This document shows positions 38,440 to 53,967 of a stretch of 64,000 nucleotides of DNA, piece after piece. Source of the DNA: Octopus vulgaris. Its lineage: Eukaryota. The notes under the pieces were generated by a model, which was not told the origin of the DNA, did not search any database, and worked only from the letters and a program-made list of their open reading frames with translations. Positions within the stretch are counted from its first letter, which is position 1, and each line of letters starts with the position of its first letter. A program made the translations under genes and the position numbers. The stretch lies in contig OX597818.1 in assembly GCA_951406725.2 (NCBI GenBank), forward strand, positions 99,014,001 to 99,078,000, read 5' to 3'.

Positions 38440-41261
38440 AGCATGGAGGAAACTGTTAATATAAATGTGACTGAAATAAAATTAAGTCACGGGTCCATAT
38501 AATAAAACAGAAATCAACAATTACATATATTTATTCATAATGAAGAAGAACACAGTCGCCATCATGTCACTACAATTTTAACACATTTTTTGCCTTTTAT
38601 ACTTTTTAATATATGGTTGAAATCATTACATTGGGGCCATGCTGCAGTACTGCTTTCCTAGTTAAATTGATTACAACAACCTTTAATACTTATTTGATTC
38701 AGATATTTATCTCATCCATCCCTGTTTATTCAAGTTCTAACTTACTGGACATGAAGAGACACCAAATGAAACTACACTGGTTTTTATTTCATAAACACAC
38801 ATAGTAAGTCTCGCTCTCTCTCTCTCACACACACACACACAGAGGACTTGTGAATAGTTTATCTTTACCAAATTCCACTCACAAATATTTCCCCACCAAA
38901 GGCTTCAGTAGAAGACACTTGCCCAAGGTACATAGCTAGATTAAATCTGAAACCACATGGCTAAAAAGCAAACTTCTTAAACACACTGCTACACCTATGT
39001 CTTATCTGTCTACCTCTGTGTTTATGTATGTACGTATGAATGTATGTATATACATATACACATGTGCATGTGAAGAGAAAAGTTTTTATAATGCTATCAA
39101 AACGTCACAAAATCTATTTCAATTTTTCTTGTCTATTTTCATTGAACATTATCATGAGGATGGTATAAATCACTCGCACACACAAACCAAACACAAGAAA
39201 TATCATTATCTGTACATTTGTTTCATTTTCTCTTGCTTAATTACAAACAAAAAATAAGCATAGTGGAAAATTATATATGCTTACAAAATGACTGAATAGT
39301 GTGTTTCAATGTATTGTTACATGTGAGTTTTCTCCCTTCCTACCTCTTATTTGCCAAGCCTGCACAATTACACACACGAAATTTCCACATACATGATGTT
39401 ATATGTCTCTTAAATCCTCCGTGACATAACAAGAGTACTTTTCTAAAATTATCAACAAAAAAACTCATCAAGAGAAAATTATGCAGAAAATTCTTTTAGT
39501 CTATGTTTCACATAAATATGTTCGTAAAAGATTTCATATTCTTTATACAGGGAGATAACTCTGATGGTACAAGCTGTAAGAAGCTTCTCCTATACAGGGA
39601 TTCAGGAAGAAAGACAACTCTGCACAGAACATGCTCTCAGAACATTTTAAGAGGAGACAACTCTAATCTACCGCAGAGATCCGTTCTGATGACTCAGTGT
39701 CACACCACTGGTTTAACTTGATAATTCAGCAGTTGAATTCCTCCTAAAAGATTTGTTAAAACACACTTAACTTCTACCGATATGCTGCAATGATAAAACT
39801 TCAACCTTCATTTCTGAGGAAAGAAAGAAGACTACAAAACAAGGATTATCATTTCAGTTTACATAACAATCTTAGTCAGTTATTGTTAGGATGTCAAACA
39901 TCTGCTAGAGTCTAACCCAGTATATTCATATGTATGTTATTGACTCTAAATGTGTAAAAAAAAAATTGTTAAAAGTTCGAACCTCTTCAATTAAATGCCA
40001 CAAAGCCCTAGATGCTCTATGAACGTGTAACAAATAAAAGTATTTCAATAAGAACTGATTGGATAAGAATGAAGATTGAAGGCTTTACAACAAAGAAAAT
40101 ATGGGAGCTGATATCATTCATAATGTTCTTCAAAATATTAGCAATAAGAAAAAAGGCAGAAAATTAAAAACAGAAATTTGCATGAAATCAACAGCTTAAA
40201 AACTTCAAGGGAGAATGGAGATTAGTTCTAAATAAGATTCCATGCACAAGATTGATGCTATCTAATTCTCCACAAACATAACTGCAATGAAGATGAGAGC
40301 TTAGGAATGAAAACTTCTCTCAAAAGCTGGTGTACAAAGTAAATGTCTAAATCAGTGTTTATACAGAAACATTAATATTACCATTGCAATGACTGTCAAC
40401 TGAGTGGGAAGGTGACTTTATTTCAGATTTTGAGAGGCTAAAGTATCAAAGAGAGACATGCATAGGTGTCTTGCTATAGAAGTGATAATGACTACCTCAC
40501 ATTGCATAGCAATAAATGGGAATAGCAAGAAAGAAGATATTAGTGATGAGCATATTCTCAATGTATAAGTAGATAAGTAGTGACAGATGTTTTGAGAGTG
40601 ACTAGAGGCGAATGTGGTGAATATTGTACAAGGGTAAAGGTGTGGTCAATGGTTAATTTCAGTAAGGAGGAGAATGTAATAAGTGGCAGTACAGGAAGGT
40701 TGGATAGCAGCAGAATAATAAACCTGTAGACATATCAGAAAATAGGGATTTTATGTACAGGTTGGGAAGGTGTAGGGAGAGAGAGATATACAGGGAGAAA
40801 GATGGAGGCCAAAGGTATGTGCGAGTACAAAAGTAGCAGATATGATGGAGTGATGGTAGATATGAGAGGCTGCTAAAGATGAGATATGACAGCCCAAAAA
40901 TCTAAGGCACACAAAGGGATGATGAGTGGAAAGGGATGTATTTGGAAGTGATTCCAGGGAGATAAGGAGATAACTGGTAGCACAAATGAAATAAAATATA
41001 TGCTGATTTTTCTATTACATGATTACAGCAGCTGAATAGTACCATTTAGAGTGACAGAAGCATGGGCATTAGGAAGATGTAAAGTGGGAAAAGCTTGACT
41101 GGGATGGGGCCCTGTGAGTGTATGGACATAAATATCTAAGGCCACAATTATATGGTGAGAGACATGTCTTATTGAGCACAGCAAAGTGCCAATAATTTCA
41201 GTCCTTTGTCATTTCCACCATGAGGTTCAACATGTCTTTGTATATGTACGTTTCATATATG

Positions 41262-42506
41262 TGAGGGTAGACTGAAAAGTTCATAGACTACCTAGGAAGA
41301 AGTGAGATGTGAAATCTTGCAGGCATTAATTTCAACTCTTCTTATTTATAACTACATTGCTTTTTTCCGAGTAAACTGTAATCTGACTGTTCAGGGAAGA
41401 CTTTGTAAGTAACTAGAAACAATTCTCTTGAAAATGGACAAAATTTGGCTTCATGGTATTATTAAGAACCTGCAGAAAAATGGCTTAGCTCCCTCCCCCA
41501 ATGACATTCATACTGATATAGTTACTATATTAGGATATGATGCTCCAGCTTTATCAGCAGTGCAAAGGTGGGCAGCTGAATTTAGGAAGGGATGAGAGAA
41601 TTTTGAAAACGATCCAAAGTCTGGACGTCCAACAACTGCCACCACATATTCATCAAATATTGACGGATGACAAGCAATTGACTTTAAATCAAATAGCGAA
41701 TGCTAGTAGTATGTCCTATGGGAGAGTAGAAAATATTGTGCACAATGAACTTAACATGAGGAAGGTTTCTGCTTGGTAGGGGCTTTGTTTTCTGACACTT
41801 GATCAAAGCACAACAAGCTGATCACATCACAGGAAAATATGGCACTGCTTCAGCCAGATTCAGCTGGTTTCTTTGAAAGTTTCCTAACCCAGGGTGAGTG
41901 TTCATCACTTTGAGTCAGAAATAGAGATAATCATGCAGTGAAAACATCCCTCCTCACTGCTCCAAAGAAGGTCATGGTCGTTTCATCTGCAGTGAAAGTG
42001 TTGACCTAAGTGTTTTTGAATGCAAAAGGCATTGTATTTCCTGACTATCTTCAAAAGAGCCACACCATCAGTGGAGAGTACTATGCCAACTTGCTGTGGC
42101 AGTTATGAAAGGCTATCAAGACAAAAATCCCAGGAAAACTGGCAAAAGACATCTTGTTTCATCAGGAAAATGCTCTAGCACACAAGCCCTTGGTTTCATT
42201 GATTGCTGTGCAAGACTGGTTTTGATCTGGTTGACCACAATCCCTATTCTAATTTGGCCCCATTTGACTGCATCTGTTACCCAACATGAAGAAGCACTTG
42301 GCTGGGAACCAGTATCACAGTGATAATGAAGTCATATTTGTTATTGATGACTTTTTTGATGAACAGGATGAAAGCTTCTTCACCAATGGGGTCTAAGCAC
42401 TGCAACAATGATAGAAGTGTGTGGACTATGTTACAAAATAAACCACATTTGGTCATATTCCATGAGAGTATCTTGGTCAGACTCTGAACTTTTCAGGTGA
42501 CCCTTG
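41262..42506 (+). mobile_element. Mariner element (~1.25 kb), inactive
   Basis: TIRs GAGGGTAGACTGAAAAGTTCA and TGAACTTTTCAGGTGACCCTTG; KSGRPTTA, LNMRKVSAW, GIVFPDYLQKSHTISGEYYANLL in broken frames. Confidence 0.88.
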
Positions 42507-42532
42507 TATATCTGTGCATGTGTGTGTATATA

Positions 42533-43797
42533 CAGGAGCTTCAGGATACACATGACTATTTTGTATGTTGCCTTTTTTTTCAAGAATGGCTTGATGTATT
42601 GGTGAATAGTCAATAGCATTAGAGAGTATAAAGATTAAAATTGTAATTGAGAAAAAATTGGCTGATTTGGAGGACTGGAAGCCATCTGGATATTGGAAAA
42701 GAGTTACCTGTATCATAATGATCTGTGCAAGATTATCAAAATGCTGACATCACGACTGCTGCTCAATGCTTTGTTAACATTATAAAGAATGCAAGACATG
42801 ACATGGAAAGCTGCAACAGAGACTACACAGCCGTGGCCAGCAGGAAGGGAACACAACAAGCATTTTGACTGCATCTGTATGCTGGAATTCATCCAATAAC
42901 TGCAGGACAAGGTGATGGAAGAACTGATCATGGGAATCCAGGCTTTGATGAGTGAGATGGGTGTTAGAGTCACCCTTATGAAACTGACCCTAAATGTGTA
43001 CCTTCAATATCACGCATAGCACAAGGGACAAATTTTGACAGCCAAGGCTAAGGGGAACCACTTAACAAGGCAAAGAAGCTCCTGAATAAATTGAGGCATA
43101 CTGCTGAGCCAGGGATGATTTGGTTCTACTCAGATGAAAAGAACTTCTGCCAAGATCAGTTATACAATACCCAGAACAACATATGGCTTACACACAAACC
43201 ATGTGATGTCTCATATAATGAAAACCAAGTCCCCCCAAAGCATGATAATCTTTGGTTAGGTTTCCAGTGAGTCTAACATCATGCTACTTCACATCTTTGA
43301 ACAGGACCTTAGGCTCAATTCAGATGGTTATGTGAAGCTACTGGAGACTGTGGTAAACTTTGGTTCGTGAGGGTACTGCTGGAAGGTCATATGTGTGGCA
43401 GCAGGATTCAGCTCCTTGCTATACCTTCACTACGACTTCACTAACTCTAATTTCTGTTCTCCTAATTCACCCAATTTTAAACCCATAGATTATTAAGTGT
43501 GGGGTGCAGTTGAGAAAGACATTGCCTGTTCTGTTTGTAACACCAAGACCAAGCTGATGGGCAAGATCAAGGAGGTGTTCGAAGATTTTCCCAAGGGCAC
43601 AGTCAGGAATACATATACCAGTTTCCGGAGAACTTTTCAGGCCACGGTGGAAGCTGAAGACAGCTACTTTTAGTAAACTGTTATCTCCCGGCCATAATCT
43701 AGTTGATATTTTTTGGTTATTTGGAATACTTTTATTTTTGGATGGAGTATTGTTCTTTTTTCTTTTTATGCAAACTGTCAAATTTATCTGAAAACAC
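42533..43797 (+). mobile_element. Related DD37D-type transposon, degraded
   Basis: Motifs WFYSDEKNFCQDQ, WQQDSAP and PPNSPNFKPIDY-like in broken frames; ends approximate. Confidence 0.7.
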
Positions 43798-45126
43798 AGG
43801 GTGTGGGGGGGTGCATGCGATGCATGTATAGATACACACACACACACACATATATATATATATGAAAAGGTATGTGGCCCAGTGATTAGGGTACTGTATT
43901 CATGACTGTAAGATTGTGTTTTTGATTCCTAAATTGGGTAATGTGTTGTGTTCTTGAGCAAAACACTACACTTGACATTGCTCTAGTGCACTCAGCTGGC
44001 AAAGATGGGTGATCCTGCCACAGACCAGTGTCCTGTCCCAGAATCTGGGAAAGCATCCTTCTGAGACTATGGCTCAGGAAGGACTTTTGGTCTATATATA
44101 TATAAGAGGGTCATTTTAACTTCACACAGTGACATGAATATTATTTTTGCTCTCATTTATTTCTTATTAAAAATTATTGTCTACTATGAATACTATGAAT
44201 TGTCTAAATGATATAGTGGAATTTTTTCATGGCCATGTAGCAGAAGTGCAACAAAAGTTTTTCATAGTTCACGGTAGGTAATTCTATGAAGAAATAAATG
44301 AAAGTGAAACTAAAAGATTTTGTTTGAGCTTAAATGGTTAAATAATCTTTCAAGGATGTAACTATCATTTCTCTTTGCATCAACACAATTTTTAAGAATG
44401 AGATTCTCCAGCCAAAACTGTCTGCTTATGGTCTCCATCTGGTTATTAACTCTTTGATGCTAGGCTTCCAACTAGATTGCAAAATCACAATGTGTGTTTG
44501 TGGACTCCTCTGTGATACACTCTCTATCAATTCTGGTGAGTCCCATTCTTTTGAGAATTTTAACAATTTTTCTCTAAGTAGGTTTTCAATAACCTACTTT
44601 TAGTCAACTCCAACATCCCCTAATTCAAAGCATAAGATACCACCACCCTGTATTTCTCTGTAACCTTCTGCAGCTAAGTATCATCAACATGTAACCTAGA
44701 CAATTCATATGAATTTTGCAATGACTTCTTGAACAGAGGCTTTCAAAACATCCTGCAATGATGGACTACCAATTTTGTTCTATTTAATAGCAAAAAGGAC
44801 AAAATCATTGCATATATTAAAAAGCAAAACAAAAAGAAAACCCACGCACACATACCAAAACAAAATAACATGAAAGCACCATACAAGAGGCCTCACAAAT
44901 ACGATTGCTGGCTATACTATCACTGCAGATCTTTTCTGGCAAACACATATTATATATATATAGTGGTAAGGTTAAGAAGTTTGATTTGCCACCACAAGAT
45001 TCTGGATATTATTTAAATACATGGCACTTAAGGTAAATGTTTTTATCACAGCCTCAGATCAACCAAATCCTTGCAAATTATATTTGGTAGAAAAAGCTAT
45101 TTAACTATCTAGTTACCTACCTGTCA

Positions 45127-45175
<49 letters not shown>

Positions 45176-45757
45176 TACACACAGATTCTCACACACACAT
45201 ACACACAGACACACACACTCATATCATTGACTAAATTCACCAAATTTTTTGCTGCATTCCTTTTGTTTTGTTGATTTTTCCACTTGTAATCCTCCAAGGT
45301 CAATAAAATAACAACAGACTAAATACTGTGGTTGATATAAAACTCTTGAATGTGGTGTAGTGATCTGAATACATTCTAATGAAAGAAAACAGTAATATAT
45401 ATATATATTACACATATGTATAAAGGCTCCTTCCTCTCTCTATCATACACACAGAAACTTACACACAAACAAACACACTGTGCTTCATCGTGTGTGTATA
45501 GATTTATATACAGAGTTATAAGTGTCATGTAGCAAAGATTTCTATTCCTATATGAAGTAATACAGAAAAGATAAGGACAGTACATGTGAGAGAGCGACAG
45601 AGAAATATTAATATTCATCAATTTTTTTTTGCTATTCTGTATATGTAATATGTATATAATAACAAAGTGAGAGGAAGAGACAGGAGGACGAGAAAGAACC
45701 TCTAAGAGTTAACCTACCATAAATGAAACAGCCAAAATGAATTTTAAAGCAATAATG

Positions 45758-46960
<1,203 letters not shown>

Positions 46961-47107
46961 GTTAAGGTGTGTTCTGTTAAGAAGGTATAAGAGTAAAAAT
47001 AGACCTCATTCACCCTTAGAATTCCCAAATAGCTGGAAGTATTCTTATGGCATGCTACCAATTCTAGTCTTAGGTATTCCTCATGAGTGAAATAAAAAGT
47101 AAGAAGC

Positions 47108-47458
47108 AAAAAGTAAAAGAGTCAAAAGGAAGAGTAAATATGGTTAAGCAGGTTTTTAATCGCTACAAATGTTTCGATACATACAAATCCTCGTTTGTAC
47201 AGGAGTTAAAGTTAAGTTTAAATTAAATTACGTAATGATTTACCTGTATAAGAAGATCTATATGTAACTCCTCAGGCATTGGAGGATGTTTCGAGGAGAT
47301 ACATATAGATCTCCTTATACAGGTAAATCGTTGCATAATTTAATTTAAACTTAACTTTAAAACCTGTACAAACAAGGATCTGTACGTACCGAAACATTTG
47401 TAGCAATTAAAAACCTGCCTAACCATACTTACTCTTCCTTTTGACTCTTTTACTTTTT
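47108..47458. mobile_element. Fold-back element, 166-bp arms, 19-bp spacer, HHR-like motif
   Basis: 47108-47273 is the reverse complement of 47293-47458. Minus strand reads AATGC-CTGAGGA-[93 nt]-GAAAC-ATTT-GTA-GCGATT (47158-47280). Lies between long TA-rich arrays. Confidence 0.8.
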
Positions 47459-48497
<1,039 letters not shown>

Positions 48498-48689
48498 AAG
48501 CTAGATTATAGAATAAAGCATAAACACTGTCATACCACAAACACACACATTAGGGATGGTTAAGATACATATACAATATTTTCATCTATTAACCCATCTG
48601 TCTGTAAAAAAAATACAGATCGGTTGATAGCAATACTTCTAACATCAAAATGCAATTGTTTAACTTGGTTTGGAATAAAAATGACTTAC

Positions 48690-48868
48690 CCAGTGTTCTT
48701 GCTAGTACTCGGTCACTGTACAAGCCATTGCCCATAATATTACGAGACAAAACCATGAACTCATAAAGTGTGTCAGCTTCTAAACTGTAGACAATAAATG
48801 ATGTTTTGTCACCAGGGGGCACTCGGATTGTCTGCCAATTGGATTCTAAGGCATCTGTGTTTCGAAAC
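48690..48868 (-). CDS. Next exon of the same gene, C-terminal half of the FN3 domain
   Basis: Acceptor tttcctattAG; the first G completes TG|G (Trp) with the previous exon; then FRNTDALESNWQTIRVPPGDKTSFIVYSLEADTLYEFMVLSRNIMGNGLYSDRVLARTL-G; donor GTAAGT, phase 1. L-x-x-x-T-x-Y-E-F-x-V and N-x-x-G-x-G are the FN3 signature. Confidence 0.92.
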
Positions 48869-51694
48869 CTAATAGGAAATTGAAATGGAAAAACTATAAG
48901 AAGAAATATTTTTAAAAAATTTTTAAGTAGATTTTTAAAAAACAAAGACAATAAAACAATATAAAAGAATAGTGAAAAAAAAGAAAAAATATAAGAAAAA
49001 CAAAATAATAAGCAAATAAGGACATAATAAATTAGAAAATGAAGGAGGCAAAACAAGTAAGAGAAGAAAGAAGAAAAAGAATTACCATGATTAAGTAAAT
49101 CTTATTTGTGTATGTACAAAAAGATATGATAGTAAATTGATTGGAAGAGATCAACTCAAAGTTAAGAACAACATAAGATCAAGGTATGATAATGTAAGGA
49201 AGCAGTTACAAAATTTATACAGAATCTTTTCTAGAAATATAATTCCACAGGTATATCTTGTAATATTAGAGAGACATTAACCACAAAATTGTCATTTCAA
49301 TGTAGATAAAGAAAGCTGTAACTGGTTAAGTTGTCAGACTGTTAGCCAAAGCATCAACAAGTTGTACTTCTATCACTGATACTGCAATGTGTTTGTGACA
49401 CCTAATTTTCAATAGTTTAAGCCACCTGTCTCTAAACAGGTGCAGAAGAGTTTCTGGTAAACAATGGGGATATTACATAACTGACAAGTATTTAATTACA
49501 TTGCAGTACTTTGTTGGAATTGTCTCATATGCAAAACTTCTAACAGACAAGCATTTCCATCTGTTGAGAAAATTAACAAGTACTTGATACTGTAAAAAGC
49601 TGGAATAAGACTCAGCCAATATCACCTATAATGCAGGGCATTTTTCAAAGGCCAGTGACATACAAGACTCTAAAGTGGAAGATCCTTCTCAAATTAGATT
49701 AGACTAAGTTGGCTTCAGTATACAAGACATAAAACTGCTCATCTACACTGTAATATACTCTAAAGGAATGAACTCATAATGCTTTTAATTCAGATACTTT
49801 TTATTGATGTAGATCTAGTTCTAGATTTACCAATACTTTTGAGTAATACATGTTAACAAAAGATGTCTGGTGTATAAACAGACTATCATATGTCTTTTAA
49901 TATCCAGAATTGACAAACAACTATCAATAACATAATGTTTGAAATGTTTACATATAGTGTTACAGAGGTTAGTTCTTATACTGTAGATTGATGGGTTACA
50001 CACAAAAATAAATGGTTCTTTGAGGAAATAAATTTTAGGATTAGTGGTATGGAAACAATCAATTCATTTATTTACAGCTTTACAATTTGTAACTAATAGA
50101 GAGTGGAAATTTTGATGGAATTCAGAAAACAGTAAGGCATTTCAGGATTGTTGCCAGACATATATTTACTGCTAGCACTGGACTGTCATCATATCCAGAA
50201 TTTCCAGTTATTATACTACCTCAGATCAATGGTGGTAAAAAGACAAAATTAGTAACATGCATGACCCTTGTAGCATATATCATACCAAAATAATTAGTTT
50301 GGAGTCTATTGAAGTTGACTTTGTGTCTATAATTCTAAGGTCAATGAACTAAACATCAAACATCTACTGAGAAATTTAATGAACTCTTTTCTTCCTTCAT
50401 TATGTTGTTATCTTTCCTTAATGTAAAAAAATCATTGTTACAATCCAGATTAAGTTGAACATAACAACTGGTTTTGTAAATGAAATGAAAAAGATCACAT
50501 TCTGATATATTTTATAACACACAGAATATGCTTTAATTCATTTTTAATATTGTTGCTATTTTTGTAATGTTTGCCTGTCCATCAGATGATTAAAACTTCC
50601 ATTGTTAGTTTTATTTGAAACTACTGTTATGTATCCTGTTGTTCTTACCACTATGTCAGTGAAAATCAAAATAAAATACTTAAAGCAACAGTCGTCAAAT
50701 ACAAAATCCAAAGAACTGTTAATTGTTTAAATTTCACTTGCAATATTCACTTTGGAGATAAAACAGTGTTCAGTCAGGCGTATAGATGTCATCATGAGGT
50801 ATGCTTGAGAGCAAAAAGTTTAAGGTTATTTATGATGTCCAATTCCACTTGAAGTTGTATATATGTTGTGTTAAGATTCATTATCAATCAATTATCCTTA
50901 TTGAGAAGAAACAGTCAAAAGTAATCACCACATACAATCACCAAGCATCTCCACTACTTAACACTCTTCACCTTTACAGCTGACATGAAAAACTACGAGG
51001 AAAAGGCAGCCATTTTAATTAAGCAAAAAAGAGAGAAAAATTGATTGCTATTTTAACGTGTAAAATTTTGGGGTTAATAATCTTTAGTTACAGTTTCTCA
51101 TTCAAGCTACATAATAGGCAGAATTGTCAGATTCTTTGTAATACATTCTCCATAAGATTTTACAGCTGCATAAAATTAATCGACCAAGCTGAACAGATCA
51201 ACATTATTAGATCAGTTTTTTTAAAATCACAATTCAGTCACTTCTATTCAATAATTTTACTGCTTATAAATTACTGACATGTTTCATTCCAAGTCTTTCA
51301 TTTTGAGTTATGTCATTGAAACAGCCTTAAGTTTTAGTAGTCCATTTGACAAGTTCACAGTGCACTGCCAAATAAGTAAAATAGCAAATGCTTCTTTCAT
51401 CAAAAGATCGCATTCACCCTAACCAAAAGTAACAACCCCATACAATCACCAAACATCTCCACAACTTAAGTTAACCCTCTTCACCTATACAAATGGACAG
51501 GGGGACGTTTGCTAGTACATATATAAATACATATATATATATATATATATATTCATATATATACATACATATATATATTTATATGTATATATATTTTATA
51601 TTTTTATTTCAACTTTCATTCTCTTATTTCCCTCTATATTCCTTATCTCCTCCTTTTCTATAATAATTCCTTATTTCGAACTCAAACATTTACC

Positions 51695-51742
51695 GTCTCT
51701 GATGAAGGGATATCCGTAATATCCCAGAAACAGCTGTAAGAC
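51695..51742 (+). ncRNA. Minimal type-I hammerhead ribozyme (PLE-type)
   Basis: GTCT-CTGATGA-A-GGGATAT-ccgta-ATATCCC-A-GAAAC-AGCT-GTA-AGAC: helix I GTCT/AGAC, intact CUGAUGA and GAAA, 7-bp stem II, palindromic helix III ACAGCTGT, GUA cleavage triplet. Confidence 0.85.
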
Positions 51743-51922
51743 TATATATCTATAACTTTTTCCTTATAAATGTCCTGAAAACTCCTGTTAGCCTTGGGTT
51801 TGTTATCCCATTTTGTCTAATATATATATAAATATATATATATACAAGTAACATCCTTGTTACTTGCATGAATTTTGCTACCCTGGTAACTGTTTATTGA
51901 ATTTTCCATGTTAATGGTAAAC

Positions 51923-51972
<50 letters not shown>

Positions 51973-52020
51973 CACACACACATATATATATATATATATG
52001 CATGCATATATATGCACATA

Positions 52021-52886
52021 CACGATGTGGTGAATAAATTGTCATCTAAATTAAGCAAAAATGAAAATAACACTGACATCTCATTTTAACATATATTTAC
52101 CAAAATTACATAAACATATCTTCAAGTAGTAAAGAGTAAATTCATTCAATAAAATCGCCATTGGCTTCAACCATGACCTCAAGATGACTTTGGAATCTCC
52201 TGCAACTATTCTGAATGGTCTCCTTGTTGGAGAATACTGCCATAATCCTTGCCTTCAGTTCATCTTTGGTGTTACAAGAGGTTTTGTTGGTCTCTTGCTC
52301 AACTGTGCCCAACACATAATAATCAAGGGGGTTGCAATCTGGGGAGTTAGGTGGCCAGCAGTTAGGGGTGATATGGTTGCAGAAATTGTCTGACAGCTAT
52401 CACTGGGTTCTCCTCCTTGTGTGGCATGGTGCAGTGTCCTGTTGCTAGATATAGGGTTTTCCAGCAGCAACCCTCTTGACCAAAGGCAGCACTACCTCTT
52501 CCAAGCACTTGAAGTAGACCTCTGTGTTGAGTCTGATGCCATTTGGGAAGATGAATGGAGGCATAACGTCACCATCACTAGTGATCACTCCAAACACAAT
52601 GATGTTGACTGAATGTTTGATCCTTATCACTCTTGATAGATGTCCTCAGACTGATACCCAAATACTCTGAAATGTTTGTATTGGAGCTTCCGGCACAAAT
52701 GCTAAACAGTACAGCATGTCATTTCCAAATTTTTGGTAAAGTGAATTACATCATGGTGCTATTTTTCTCGCAAATGCTGCCCAACTGATCCTACTATACT
52801 GTATAGTTGATGAAAATCAAAAACAAATAATGCGCATGTGCAAAATTAAAAATATAAAATGGCGACAATTTACCCATCACACTCTG
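52021..52886 (-). mobile_element. Second copy of the DD37D element
   Basis: Reverse complement is colinear with 4762-5639; VNIIVFGVITSDGDVMPPFIF...VKRVAAGKPY. Confidence 0.85.
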
Positions 52887-53666
52887 TATATATATATTCT
52901 TTCCTTTTACTTGTTTCAGTCATTTGACTGCAGTCAAGCTGGATCACTGCTTTTAGTCAAACAAATCGACCCCAGGTTTTATTCTTTGCAAGCCTAGTAT
53001 TTATTCTATCAGTCTCTTTTGCTGAACCGCTAAGTTACAGGGGACGTAAACTCATCAACACTGGTTGCCAAGCGATGGTGGATAGGACAATTGCAGACAC
53101 ACAAATACATACGCACACACACACACACATATATGGGCTTCTTTCAGTTTCCACCTACCAAATCTACTCACAAGTCTTTGGCTGGCCTGAGGTTATAGTA
53201 AAAGACACTTGCCCAAGGTCTTGGAGAGAGATTGTTGCAACTCAATTTCAAGCAATGTTGATTGATTCTTCTCTTAAACATAAACAGCATAGATATGGCA
53301 TTTTAGTCCCGCTGGGTACCTACACACTTTGGCACATGTATCAATGATGACTACTTTTCGCGACAGTTATTCAGGGAGCTTGCCACCCATGCTAACACAT
53401 GCTTTCATTTCATCATGGGATTTACATTGGATGTTTTGCTACATGACTTGGAGGAGGAGCATGAATTCTGCATAGAGCTATTGCATAGAATGAAACATGA
53501 AGTTGGTATTTCTTTTATTTCATACCTGTTACAAAACATTTCTCAGATTGATCAGTTTTGTTTTTCATGATCAATATGATTGAAAATATTTTGTAATTTG
53601 TGATTATTCATTATAACAGATATAAAATTAAAGAAATACCAACTTCAAGTTCCATATAAATTTCTT

Positions 53667-53967
53667 GTGGCACGTAAAAAGCACCGTCTGAATGTGGCTG
53701 ATGTCAGCGCTGCCTTGACTGGCTTCTGTGCCGGTGGCACATAAAAATCACCAACTGATTGTGGCCACTGCCAGCCTCCCCAGGCACCTGTGCCAGTGGC
53801 ACATAAAAGCACCCACAGCACTCACAGAGTGGTTGGCATTAGGAAGGGCATCCAGCTGTAGAAACGCTGCCAGATCAGACTGGAGCCTGATGCAGCCTCC
53901 TGGCTTCCCAGACCCTGTCCAACCTGTGCTAGCACGGAAAACGGACATTAAACGATGATGACGATGA
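53667..53967 (+). mobile_element. Same SINE family
   Basis: GTGGCACGTAAAAAGCACC units, shared 3' module and (GAT)n tail. Confidence 0.85.

Noticed and set aside
45241-45375. Possible phase-1 exon on the minus strand (ttttctttcattAG, ECIQITTPHSRV...KKF, GTGAAT)
   Set aside because: Frame-compatible, but the donor is weak, there is no domain similarity, and the middle resembles a decayed copy of the SINE core seen at 56.9-57.5 kb.
49250-50250. Possible very old CR1-like RT remnant (also 44350-44790 minus)
   Set aside because: Motif resemblance too weak to support without a profile search.
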